Of a stretch of 64,000 nt of DNA, positions 19,763 to 28,951 are shown piece by piece. The translations under genes and the position numbers were made by a program. Position 1 is the first letter of the stretch, and every line of letters starts with the position of its first letter. The notes beneath the pieces are model-generated. The model was given only the letters and a program-made list of their open reading frames with translations, was not told where the DNA came from and made no database searches. The stretch spans positions 32,001 through 96,000 of the forward strand of contig JAVRCJ020000005.1 of assembly GCA_034530875.2 (NCBI GenBank), read 5' to 3'. The stretch is from Nostoc sp. DedSLP01 (GTDB lineage: Bacteria > Cyanobacteriota > Cyanobacteriia > Cyanobacteriales > Nostocaceae).

Positions 19763-20557
19763 TTGACGATGAAAGCCATAATATTAGCTGCTGGTGTTGG
19801 ACGACGCTTGGGTAAAGATGGGCAAATCCAACCCAAATGCTTGCTGAAGTTTAACGGCAAATCTTTATTAGAGCGCCATTTGAACTATCTTCGTGATTAC
19901 CAAATAGACGAAGTAGTAATTGCCGTGGGTTACCAGGCAGAAAAAATTCAGGATGAAATCAAAGCGTTGGGAGCAGAAAATTGGGTTATTACGGTTTACA
20001 ATCCTGACTATACCAAAGGTAGTGTTATCAGTTTGTGGGCTTTACGCCAACATCTCGCTGCTGGTGGCGATTTATTGTTAATGGATGCCGATGTTTTGTA
20101 CGATCGCCACATTATCGAACGATTAGTAAAAACAAATATCTTTAATTGTTTCTTGCTGGATCGAGATTTTGAACCGGGAGATGAACCCGTAAAGCTTTGC
20201 GTCAAGGACGGTTATCTAGTGGAGTTTCGCAAGCAAGTGCCTTTGAACCTGGCTTATGATTTGCAAGGTGAGTCAGTGGGATTCTTTCGCTTTGAAAATG
20301 CGATCGCTCGCCGTCTCGCCAGCCGTACAGAACAATATGTTACTGACGGACTGCACGACCAACCTTATGAAGAAGTAATTCGGGATTTACTATTAGAAAC
20401 TCCAGAAGTATTCGGTTACGAAGATATCACTGGTTTAGCTTGGATTGAAATTGATTTTTCAGAAGATATTCAACGTGCCGAAAACGAAATTCTACCGCAA
20501 ATTGAAATAGCAGAAAATAGAATTCAGAATTCAGAATTCAGAAGTAAAACAGACTGA
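19763..20557 (+). CDS. LicC/PntC-like cytidylyltransferase (NTP-transferase)
   Basis: KAIILAAGVGRRL, PKCLL, LLMDADV, WIEIDF; first gene before PEP mutase. Confidence 0.85.
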   Translation: MTMKAIILAAGVGRRLGKDGQIQPKCLLKFNGKSLLERHLNYLRDYQIDEVVIAVGYQAEKIQDEIKALGAENWVITVYNPDYTKGSVISLWALRQHLAAGGDLLLMDADVLYDRHIIERLVKTNIFNCFLLDRDFEPGDEPVKLCVKDGYLVEFRKQVPLNLAYDLQGESVGFFRFENAIARRLASRTEQYVTDGLHDQPYEEVIRDLLLETPEVFGYEDITGLAWIEIDFSEDIQRAENEILPQIEIAENRIQNSEFRSKTD

Positions 20558-20727
20558 AATCGTGGGTATAAGACAGAGAATGTCTACTCCACCAAGCTGA
20601 AATTTGCTTTAAACACCAAGATTTGTTTGAGGATCGACACAGATAATTCTTTTTGTTTATCTTTGGTTAAAAAGCATAAGACTCAGATTTTTGCAATTTA
20701 TTTGAAACGTTAAAACAAGCAAAATAG

Positions 20728-22383
20728 ATGGATAAAATATTTACACCCGTCGTCAACACTGCAAACTTAAGTAAGTGTTCTCAACTGCGGACATTATTAG
20801 AATCGCCTCAACTTGAATTCATCATGGAAGCTCACAATGGAATTAGCGCCCGCATTGTGGAAGAGGCTGGATTTAAAGGCATTTGGGCGAGTGGATTAGC
20901 TCTTTCGGCTCAATATGGCGTTCGGGATAATAACGAAGCCAGCTGGACTCAAGTTGTAGAAATGCTAGAGTTCATGTCTGATGTTACCAGCATCCCGATT
21001 TTATTAGATGGCGATACAGGTTATGGCAACTTTAATAATATGCGTCGCTTGGTTAAGAAGTTAGAACAGCGAGGTATCGCTGGAGTTTGCATTGAGGATA
21101 AACTTTTTCCCAAAACCAATAGCTTTATTAACGGTAGCCGTCAACCCTTGGCTGAGATTGATGAATTCTGCGGCAAAATTAAAGCTGGTAAAGATAGCCA
21201 AACACATCCCGATTTCTGTATCGTCGCCCGACTCGAAGCCTTAATCGCCGGTTGGGATCTCTCAGAAGCATTGCGGCGAGCTGAAGCTTACCATGCAGCA
21301 GGCGCAAACGCTATTTTGATTCACAGTAAATCATCCCGTCCCGACCAAGTGCTAGCCTTTGCCAAAGAATGGGCGGGGCGCTCTCCATTAGTAATTATAC
21401 CGACCAAATATTACAGCACCGCTACTGATGTGTTTCGCAAAGCTGAAATTAATTTGGTCATCTGGGCAAATCACATGATTCGAGCTGCTGTTGCCAGTAT
21501 GCAAGCGATCGCCCGCGAAGTTCAAGCCAGCGAAACTTTAATCAACATTGAAGATGATATTGCACCAGTAAAGGAAATTTTCCGCTTACAAGGAGCCGAC
21601 GAACTCCTAGAAGCCGAAAAACGCTACTTTAGTAACGGACGCCATCATACTCAAGCGATCGTTTTAGCTGCTAGTAGAGGGCAAGAATTAGCAGGATTGA
21701 CTTTAGATAAACCAAAAGTCATGTTACCCCTTGGAGGTAAACCGCTGCTGAGACTTTTGGTAGACAAATTTAAGAAACTTGCCATTAACGATATTACTGT
21801 TGTTGCAGGTTACAAAGCAGAAACTATTAACGTTACGGGGACAAAAGTAATTCGTAACCCAGATTATGAAACAACCGGAGAATTAGCATCCTTAACCTGC
21901 GCTCAAGCCAGCTTCGCCGATGAAATGTTAGTAATTTACGGCGATTTACTATTTAGAAGCTATATCTTGCGGGATTTATTAGAATGTCCTGGAGAAATTG
22001 TGGCTGTGGTTGATTCTGTTATCAACTCTAAATCGGTCAGCGGTTCCCCTGACTATGCTTATTGTTCGGTTGCAGATGACCTTTCCATCTTCGGACAAGA
22101 CGTTAATCTTTTGCACGTCTCCAAAGCAACCCAAACTCACTTGGGGAATTCCTGCGGACGCTGGATAGGAATGTTGCGCTTACGCAGTCAAGGAAGACAA
22201 TGGGTGAGTGAAGCACTCAAGGAATTGCAAACGCGATCGGAATTTAATAGTTTGGGTTTGCCGGAATTGTGCAATTATTTAATCGAGCAAGGTAAACCAA
22301 TCAAAGTGCTTTACATTCGCGGTAACTGGTTAGATGTTAATTCCTTAGATGACCTTGATTTAGCCTTTCAAATGAAACAATAA
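20728..22383 (+). CDS. pepM: Phosphoenolpyruvate mutase fused to a C-terminal nucleotidyltransferase domain
   Basis: Diagnostic [10 protein letters not shown] (EDK-X5-NS), DGDTGYG; C-terminal [22 protein letters not shown]. Confidence 0.95.
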   Translation: MDKIFTPVVNTANLSKCSQLRTLLESPQLEFIMEAHNGISARIVEEAGFKGIWASGLALSAQYGVRDNNEASWTQVVEMLEFMSDVTSIPILLDGDTGYGNFNNMRRLVKKLEQRGIAGVCIEDKLFPKTNSFINGSRQPLAEIDEFCGKIKAGKDSQTHPDFCIVARLEALIAGWDLSEALRRAEAYHAAGANAILIHSKSSRPDQVLAFAKEWAGRSPLVIIPTKYYSTATDVFRKAEINLVIWANHMIRAAVASMQAIAREVQASETLINIEDDIAPVKEIFRLQGADELLEAEKRYFSNGRHHTQAIVLAASRGQELAGLTLDKPKVMLPLGGKPLLRLLVDKFKKLAINDITVVAGYKAETINVTGTKVIRNPDYETTGELASLTCAQASFADEMLVIYGDLLFRSYILRDLLECPGEIVAVVDSVINSKSVSGSPDYAYCSVADDLSIFGQDVNLLHVSKATQTHLGNSCGRWIGMLRLRSQGRQWVSEALKELQTRSEFNSLGLPELCNYLIEQGKPIKVLYIRGNWLDVNSLDDLDLAFQMKQ

Positions 22384-22386
22384 GGA

Positions 22387-22712
22387 ATGGGCATGGGGCA
22401 TTGGGCATGGGGCATGGGGCATTGGGGGATGAACTCGAACGTTGGGCCTTTTTATACCAATTCAATTAATGATTGCAACACATCCTTGGGTCAAGACGCG
22501 ATGAATCGCGTCTCTACAAATAGACCTATTTGTGGCATTCTTTTTTCCAATTGGTATTACTGGAACATTGAGCCTTTTTACTTGAATGTTGAACCCCTGA
22601 ACTCGAAACTTTCAGTTTTAACTCTCCCTCATCATCTTCCATACCCAATGCCCCATGCCCAATGCCCAATGCCCAATGCCCAATACCCAATACCCAATGC
22701 CCAATGCCCCAT
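22387..22712. repeat. Nested repeat spacer: inverted CCCAATG-type STRR arrays, degenerate 21-nt units and a MITE-like insert
   Basis: (TGGGCAT/GGGGCAT)n at 22387-22427 versus (CCCAATG)n at 22644-22712; ATACCAATT...AATTGGTAT ends at 22454-22557. Confidence 0.8.
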
Positions 22713-22720
22713 AATTATTT

Positions 22721-23902
22721 ATGATTGAAGCAAAGGAATTTGTCGAAGCTGCTCGTAATTTTGGTTTTGATTGGTATGCTGGTGTACCTTGTTCTTTTCT
22801 CACGCCTTTTATTAACTACGTCATTAATGACCCTCAACTGACTTATATTTCCGCAGCTAATGAGGGAGATGCAGTGGCGATCGCCTCTGGAGCTACAATT
22901 GCTGGTAAACATGCAGTGGTGATGATGCAAAATTCTGGTTTGGGGAATGCAGTTAACCCGCTGACTTCTCTAAATTATATTTTTCGGATTCCACTCTTAA
23001 TTATTTGTACGCTAAGAGGCGATCGCAATTTACAAGATGAACCGCAACATGAATTAATGGGGCAAATCACAGATAAATTGCTGGAAACTATGACTGTACC
23101 TTGGGAATTTTTTCCCACAGATGCAGCAGAAATAGAACCAGTCTTGCAAAGAGCCACAGCTTATATGCAAAAAGAACGCCGTCCTTATGCTCTAATTATG
23201 CGTAAGGGAACAGTTGCGCCCCATGCACTCACCCGTTCTTCTATCCCCAAACGCGAAGATAACAATGACGCTCATATTCAGCAAACCTTTTTTAAGGGTA
23301 ACCAAGAACAACGGATTTCTCGCAACCAAGCTTTAGCTCGAATTGTCGAACTCATTGATGCTGAAAATACAGTAATCATTGCTACTACAGGTTACACTGG
23401 TCGCGAACTCTTCGCCAGTAAAGACAGCGCCAATCATCTTTATATGGTTGGGTCGATGGGTTGTGCTTCCTCAATGGGATTGGGGCTTTCCTTAGCGCGT
23501 CCAGATCTCAAGGTTGTAGTCATTGATGGCGATGGCGCAGCGTTAATGCGCATGGGTAATTTTGCGACTATCGGCACTTATGCTGGTGCGAATTTAATCC
23601 ATATTCTCTTAGATAATGAAGTCCACGATTCCACAGGCGCACAAGCCACCGTCTCTTTTGGTATTTCCTTTGCCAAAATTGCCGAAGCCTGCGGTTATGG
23701 CGTCACATTAGCCGGAGACGACCCCGCGCTTTTAGATACTTTATTCACCGCAGATACGAAAAGTAGACCGAAATTTGCTCATCTCAAAATCCGTCCCGGA
23801 ACCCTAGAAAAGCTACCTCGACCCAACCTGATCCCGGAAGCAGTGTTGCAACGCTTCGTGAAACGTATTGAGGGAGTGGGGAGTGGGGAAATAGGGAGAT
23901 AG
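22721..23902 (+). CDS. aepY: Phosphonopyruvate decarboxylase
   Basis: AGVPCSFL, AANEGDAVAIASG, MQNSGLGNAVNPL, DEPQH, ThDP motif DGDGAALMRMG..LDNEVHDSTGAQ. Confidence 0.95.
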   Translation: MIEAKEFVEAARNFGFDWYAGVPCSFLTPFINYVINDPQLTYISAANEGDAVAIASGATIAGKHAVVMMQNSGLGNAVNPLTSLNYIFRIPLLIICTLRGDRNLQDEPQHELMGQITDKLLETMTVPWEFFPTDAAEIEPVLQRATAYMQKERRPYALIMRKGTVAPHALTRSSIPKREDNNDAHIQQTFFKGNQEQRISRNQALARIVELIDAENTVIIATTGYTGRELFASKDSANHLYMVGSMGCASSMGLGLSLARPDLKVVVIDGDGAALMRMGNFATIGTYAGANLIHILLDNEVHDSTGAQATVSFGISFAKIAEACGYGVTLAGDDPALLDTLFTADTKSRPKFAHLKIRPGTLEKLPRPNLIPEAVLQRFVKRIEGVGSGEIGR

Positions 23903-24037
23903 GGAGATGGGAAGATAGAGAAGTGTGGGGAGTGTGGGGAGTGTGGGGAGTGTGGGGGAAAGATTTCTTCCCCATCGTCCCACACCTCCCACACCTCCTG
24001 TTTGCCCCATGCCCAATGACCAATGACCAATGACTAA
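23872..24037. repeat. Dispersed composite palindromic repeat, copy 3, plus STRR units
   Basis: (GGGGAGTGT)n..CCCACAC..CCTGTTTGCCCC then CAATGAC units. Confidence 0.75.
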
Positions 24038-25127
24038 TAACAAAATGATTTTACTAAATCCCGGCCCTGTTAATTTGAGCGATCGCGTGAGGAATGCGCT
24101 GTTAAGTCCCGATTTGTGTCATCGGGAAGTGGAATTTTCTCAGTTGCAAAGCAGAATCAGAGAGCAATTACTTCAAGTTTACGATCTAGCAGGCGATCGC
24201 TGGGCAGCAGTTTTACTCACCGGTTCCGGTACAGCAGCGATGGAAGCTATGGTCAGCAGCTTAGTACCCAGGAATGGGAAATTGCTGGTAATTGAAAATG
24301 GCGTGTATGGCGAAAGAATATCCAAAATTGCCAAAATCCACGACATTAATTACCTCACACTTTCCCATGCTTGGGATGCAGAAATAGATATCAAGGGTTT
24401 AATTCAACTCTTGGATGAAAACGCCGATATCACCCACCTTGCTGTCGTCCATCACGAAACTACTACTGGTCGCCTGAATAATTTGGTAGAAATTGCTGCA
24501 ATTTGTCAGCAACGCCGCATTCAAATATTAGTAGATGCAGTCAGCAGCTTTGGTGCCGAGGAACTGAATTTTGAGGCTTGGGGAATCACCGCTTGTGCTG
24601 CAACAGCCAATAAATGTCTGCATGGTGTCCCTGGTACATCCTTTGTCATCTTACGACGTGATGCATTGGCGTCATCAGATACAATTCCCCGCAGCTTATA
24701 TTTAGATTTAGCAACCTATTGCCAACAGCAAGATAAAGGCGGTACACCTTTTACTCAATCAGTGCAGACATTTTATGCTTTAGCAGAAGCTTTGCAAGAA
24801 ATGACAGAAGCAGGAGGATGGCGTGCTAGACACAGCTATTACAGCCAACTTGCAAACTTAGTCAGGGACGGGTTAATTTCAATAGGAATTAAACCACTAC
24901 TTCTTCAAGGAAATTCATCTGTAGTTTTGAATGCTTATTATTTGCCAGATAATTTCAGCTATGAAGAATTTCACGACCAACTCAAAGCACAGGATTATGT
25001 AATTTATTCTGGACAAGGAAACTTATCTCAATCTATCTTTCGAGTATCGACAATGGGAGCTATTACTCAGGCTGACATGGAACGATTTATTGCTGTTGTT
25101 AAACAAATTATTTCAAAAGGATATTAA
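24030..25127 (+). CDS. aepZ: 2-aminoethylphosphonate transaminase (class V PLP)
   Basis: LLNPGPV, LTGSGTAAMEA, NGVYGER, VHHETTTG, VDAVSSFG, TANKCLHGVPG; follows aepY. Confidence 0.9.
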   Translation: MTNNKMILLNPGPVNLSDRVRNALLSPDLCHREVEFSQLQSRIREQLLQVYDLAGDRWAAVLLTGSGTAAMEAMVSSLVPRNGKLLVIENGVYGERISKIAKIHDINYLTLSHAWDAEIDIKGLIQLLDENADITHLAVVHHETTTGRLNNLVEIAAICQQRRIQILVDAVSSFGAEELNFEAWGITACAATANKCLHGVPGTSFVILRRDALASSDTIPRSLYLDLATYCQQQDKGGTPFTQSVQTFYALAEALQEMTEAGGWRARHSYYSQLANLVRDGLISIGIKPLLLQGNSSVVLNAYYLPDNFSYEEFHDQLKAQDYVIYSGQGNLSQSIFRVSTMGAITQADMERFIAVVKQIISKGY

Positions 25128-25176
25128 AAAGTAAAAATGATGACTTGTTATGGCGCTTGTGTTTCCCAAGCCTAAT

Positions 25177-25692
25177 CTAGTCGAATGACAAAAGTACTAT
25201 GTCGCCCTTTTGTGCTGCTATATTGAAAAACTTAATTAACTGAACTTGTAGTTCGAGAAATTGCGGCTCCATGTATATTCTACTCTGGTGAGGCACAAGC
25301 AGATTGTCAAGACGCGACTTGAATTCTTCCTGTGAAATGTGATTTAAGGCCTCAGCTATCTCATTAACCTCACTTACAGTTAGATAACGTACCATGCCAT
25401 AAGTAGCTTCCCAAGGTGTTGCTGAACCCCCCATAAATAATTTATGCAGCAATGTGTCACCCTTGTTGTCAGTATCGTATGGAAAATCGCCTGTAAATAG
25501 GAAATGAAGTGATTGCCAATGCTTATCAAGATCTAGATAGCGATCGCTATTTCTTAAAGCTTCAAAGTAAGTATAAATTTCTTCATCCGTTTCTAAATCA
25601 TCACCAAAAAAAATACTTGCGTAGGCAACATCATTTTGCAATCTTTCAAATTTTCTAGGCGTTACACGTCTATAACTGGCTGCAATACCCAT
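25177..25692 (-). CDS. YfbM/DUF1877 family protein
   Basis: MGIAASYRRV, LDLDKHWQSLHFLFTG, YGMVRYLTVSEV. Confidence 0.8.
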   Translation of the reverse strand: MGIAASYRRVTPRKFERLQNDVAYASIFFGDDLETDEEIYTYFEALRNSDRYLDLDKHWQSLHFLFTGDFPYDTDNKGDTLLHKLFMGGSATPWEATYGMVRYLTVSEVNEIAEALNHISQEEFKSRLDNLLVPHQSRIYMEPQFLELQVQLIKFFNIAAQKGDIVLLSFD

Positions 25693-25907
25693 ACAAAGAG
25701 AGGTAGAGGTTAACCCAAGTTTATACAAATTGATTATCTTACAAACAATATTAAAGCTGCATCACTTGAAGTAAAAGTAGAGAATATGATAGTTAAGGGT
25801 GAGCAAAAAGGTTGTGAGTAACACAACAGCTAGCCTTTTCTTATGGCGCCATTTGTAGTTCGTAGACTAGTGACAAACACGATTTTGCGATAAAGGAAAA
25901 TAAATAT

Positions 25908-26168
25908 ATGAATATTCAGCTTGTTCAATCTTTAGCCAATGCAATCAAAGCTTTGTCTCCTGAAGAACGAGAGCTATTAAACCAATTAACAAATCAATCT
26001 AATTGGCAAGAGTTAAGACCAAAAATTTTAGCAAATGCTCAAGTTATTCAGCAACGACTTAGCGATCGATCTTTAAAGCCAAATATTGACGAAATTATTC
26101 ATCAAATACGAGAAGAACGGGATGGAGAATTCATAGCAGATTTGTTTCCCATTGAAGAAAAATCATGA
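25908..26168 (+). CDS. Putative antitoxin
   Basis: 86 aa; ATGA overlap with the PIN-domain gene. Confidence 0.7.
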   Translation: MNIQLVQSLANAIKALSPEERELLNQLTNQSNWQELRPKILANAQVIQQRLSDRSLKPNIDEIIHQIREERDGEFIADLFPIEEKS

Positions 26169-26733
26169 CTGTAAAAATTATTTGTGTGGATGCTAATTTC
26201 GTAGTGAAATTAATTACCAATGCTTTAGAAACATCACCTTATCTAACATTGTGGGATGAATGGGAGCAAACCCAAACCCAGATTATTGCTCCAACCCTCT
26301 TATGTTATGAAGTTACCAATGTATTTCATCGAATGAAGCTGGCGAAACAACTACTGAGTACAGAAGCCCAACAATGTCTCAGAGCTAATTTGTAAACTCA
26401 AGTAAAGTACTTATTCAATAAGGGTTTCAGTAATTTAACTCAATACAGCACTTGTTCGCTGAAACTCAGACCTAGTAATGAGTTGAGTACCCTTAAGATT
26501 TTCTTTACGAATCAGCTCTCAACAATGCTCTAAATTTAGCCATTCAATTTTATAGCGATCGCCAACTTCATCAACAAGCCTGGGAAATCGCCCAACAATT
26601 AAACCTCTCTGCTGCTTATGATGCTCATTATTTAGCATTAGCTCAAAGATTTCAAGCAGATTTTTACACAGGCGATAAACGTTTGTATAACAGTGTGAAT
26701 TCTGCTTTGCCTTGGATTCATTTGGTTGAATAA
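26165..26733 (+). pseudogene. vapC: VapC/PIN-domain toxin interrupted by a MITE
   Basis: Removing 26382-26521 restores a 142-aa ORF: ICVDAN..APTLLCYEVTN..QQCLNNALNL..AYDAHYLALA..FYTGDKRL. Confidence 0.92.
26382..26518. mobile_element. 137-bp MITE with 15-bp terminal inverted repeats and TCA target duplication
   Basis: Left GAGCTAATTTGTAAA; right (rc) GAGCTGATTCGTAAA; TCA at 26379-26381 and 26519-26521. Confidence 0.92.
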
Positions 26734-26815
26734 TCTACAAGAATGAATAGAGAAGCGGAACAACTCTTGCTCCGCTAGATGTCAGCCCGTAGGCCAAATA
26801 TTTTAATTGCTACTT

Positions 26816-27835
26816 TTAATTTCTACCAAACACACTAGTCAGGGCACGTGCCATATTTTGAGGTTGCATCGCATCCATTGCAGCGGTGGGTTCGTACCCG
26901 CAGTGAACCATGCAATCGGCACACTTGGGATTACCACTCTTGCGGCCGTATTTACTCCAGTCAGTTTGAGTTATTAATTCCTGGAAACTAGAGTAATAAC
27001 CTTCATTCAGCAGATAGCAAGGTTTTTGCCAACCGAGAACGCTATAACTTGGACTACCCCAAGGCGTGCATTCATAGTCTTTCTCACCGATGAGAAAATC
27101 TAAGAATAGCGGATTGTGATTGAAGTTCCAGTTTTTTGCACCGGTTTTGTATGGAGCCAGAATTTCTCGGAACAGGGCGCGTGTTTGTTCTCGCTGGAGA
27201 AAATGATCTTGATCTGGTGCCCACTCATAACTGTAGCCAGGAGAAATCATCATCCCGTCGGTATTGAGTGTTTCCAGAAAATCAAAGAACTCTTGCATAT
27301 CTTTGGGGTCAGTACCCTCAAAGATAGTGGTGTTAGTAGTGACGCGAAAACCTCTGGCTTTAGCGGCGCGAATGGCTTGCACTGCAATATCAAAAACACC
27401 TTTGCGATCGACACAGCGATCGTGCAATTCCCGCATTCCATCTAGATGCACGCTGAAAGTCAGATAAGGTGAAGGTTGAAACTTATCCAGGCTCTTTTCT
27501 AATAACAATCCATTGGTACACAAGTAAATGTACTTTTTGCGCTCGACTAATCCCCGCACAATCTCATCAATTTGGGGATGTAGCAGAGGTTCTCCCCCAG
27601 GAATTGAGACAACCGGCGCGCCACACTCTTCCACTGCGGCGAAGCACTGTTCTGGGGTGAGGTTTTGCTTTAATATTTCCTTCGGATGTTGGATTTTACC
27701 ACAACCTGTACACGCTAGATTACACCGAAAAAGAGGCTCCAACATTAAGACTAAAGGAAAGCGTTTGCGTCCCAACAGACGTTGAGTCACCAGATACTTG
27801 CCGATATCTATAGCTTGTTGTAAGTTAACTCCCAT
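26816..27835 (-). CDS. hpnH: Adenosyl-hopene transferase (radical SAM)
   Basis: [49 protein letters not shown]. Confidence 0.95.
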   Translation of the reverse strand: MGVNLQQAIDIGKYLVTQRLLGRKRFPLVLMLEPLFRCNLACTGCGKIQHPKEILKQNLTPEQCFAAVEECGAPVVSIPGGEPLLHPQIDEIVRGLVERKKYIYLCTNGLLLEKSLDKFQPSPYLTFSVHLDGMRELHDRCVDRKGVFDIAVQAIRAAKARGFRVTTNTTIFEGTDPKDMQEFFDFLETLNTDGMMISPGYSYEWAPDQDHFLQREQTRALFREILAPYKTGAKNWNFNHNPLFLDFLIGEKDYECTPWGSPSYSVLGWQKPCYLLNEGYYSSFQELITQTDWSKYGRKSGNPKCADCMVHCGYEPTAAMDAMQPQNMARALTSVFGRN

Positions 27836-27898
27836 TATTCCGATCGCTCCTCTTTAAGATATAGAAACACCACTGTCGGGGTACAAAGCATTGCGCCC

Positions 27899-28909
27899 CT
27901 ATTTGCACTCATTAACGTAACCCTGAGCAACAAACCAATCCACAGCATCCTGGAGTGCCGTCTTGAGGGGAGATTGGGGTAAACCCAACTCTCGCACTGC
28001 CTTGGCGGGATTGTAATACATAGGTTGTTTGGCCATGCGAACGCCATCTATAGGCACTGAAGGCGATTTCCCCAATGGTGCGAGAATTTTTTCATCAACC
28101 CAAGCAACACTCAAAGGTAACCAAGCTGGTAAACTCCGCTGAGGTGCCATTAAACCTGTAATTTCGGCGAGTTGTTCGAGTAGTTGTTTGAGACTGAGGT
28201 TTTGATGACCCAAAATATAGCGATCGCCACATTTACCCTTATACAAAGCCAGTAAATGCCCCCATGCTACATCCCGCACATCGATAAAATTCAAACCAGT
28301 ATCTAAGTAAAACGGCATTTGTCTCCGTAAAAACCGCAGTATTATATCACCTGTCGGCGTAGGTTTGATATCCAATGGGCCAATGGGACTGCTGGGATTG
28401 ACTATAACTACCTCCTGACCTTGAGCAGCTGCTTTTATAGCTTCTTGTTCGGCCAGATATTTAGACTTTTTGTAGTTACCCACCAACTTTTCTAAGGGAC
28501 TTTGATGTGTTTCATCAACGACTTTACCAGACGAACCCACCCCAATAGCTGCCACCGAACTGGTATAAACGGTGCGCTCAATCCCCGCTTTTTGGGCTGC
28601 TGCTAGCACATTGCGCGTACCGAGAACATTGTGACGGTGGAGTAATTCTCGATCTGCTTGCCATAGAGAATAATGGGCTGCCACATGAAACAGGTATTGA
28701 CAATCGCTCATTTTTTCCCAGAGATTTGCATCGTTCAAATCGCCTTTGACAATTTCCACCTCCAGACCGTGTAGATTTTGCAGATTGCTGCTAGGGCGTA
28801 CCAGTGCTTTAACCGTATATCCTTCTTGGAGCAGCAATCGTACCAAGTGGGCACCAATAAAACCCGTACCCCCGGTGACAAAAGCCGTTTTGGATTTTGG
28901 ATTGTTCAA
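27899..28909 (-). CDS. hpnA: Hopanoid-associated NAD-dependent sugar epimerase/dehydratase
   Basis: VTGGTGFIG, FHVAAHYSLW, YKKSK, DIKPTPTG; directly upstream of hpnH. Confidence 0.9.
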   Translation of the reverse strand: MNNPKSKTAFVTGGTGFIGAHLVRLLLQEGYTVKALVRPSSNLQNLHGLEVEIVKGDLNDANLWEKMSDCQYLFHVAAHYSLWQADRELLHRHNVLGTRNVLAAAQKAGIERTVYTSSVAAIGVGSSGKVVDETHQSPLEKLVGNYKKSKYLAEQEAIKAAAQGQEVVIVNPSSPIGPLDIKPTPTGDIILRFLRRQMPFYLDTGLNFIDVRDVAWGHLLALYKGKCGDRYILGHQNLSLKQLLEQLAEITGLMAPQRSLPAWLPLSVAWVDEKILAPLGKSPSVPIDGVRMAKQPMYYNPAKAVRELGLPQSPLKTALQDAVDWFVAQGYVNECK

Positions 28910-28951
28910 TTTGGAATTCCCCTATTTTCAATTTTAGATACAGAAACAATC

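Noticed and set aside
20728..22383. Isocitrate lyase or methylisocitrate lyase assignment
   Set aside because: The EDK-X5-NS motif and the adjacent decarboxylase and transaminase identify it as PEP mutase.
22387..22728. 113-aa ORF between pepM and aepY
   Set aside because: The translation (MGHWAWGMGHW, PMPNAQ) is simply STRR repeat sequence.
23779..24043. Three overlapping minus-strand ORFs (also 1007-1195 and 14586-14771)
   Set aside because: They are translations of the G-rich composite repeat.
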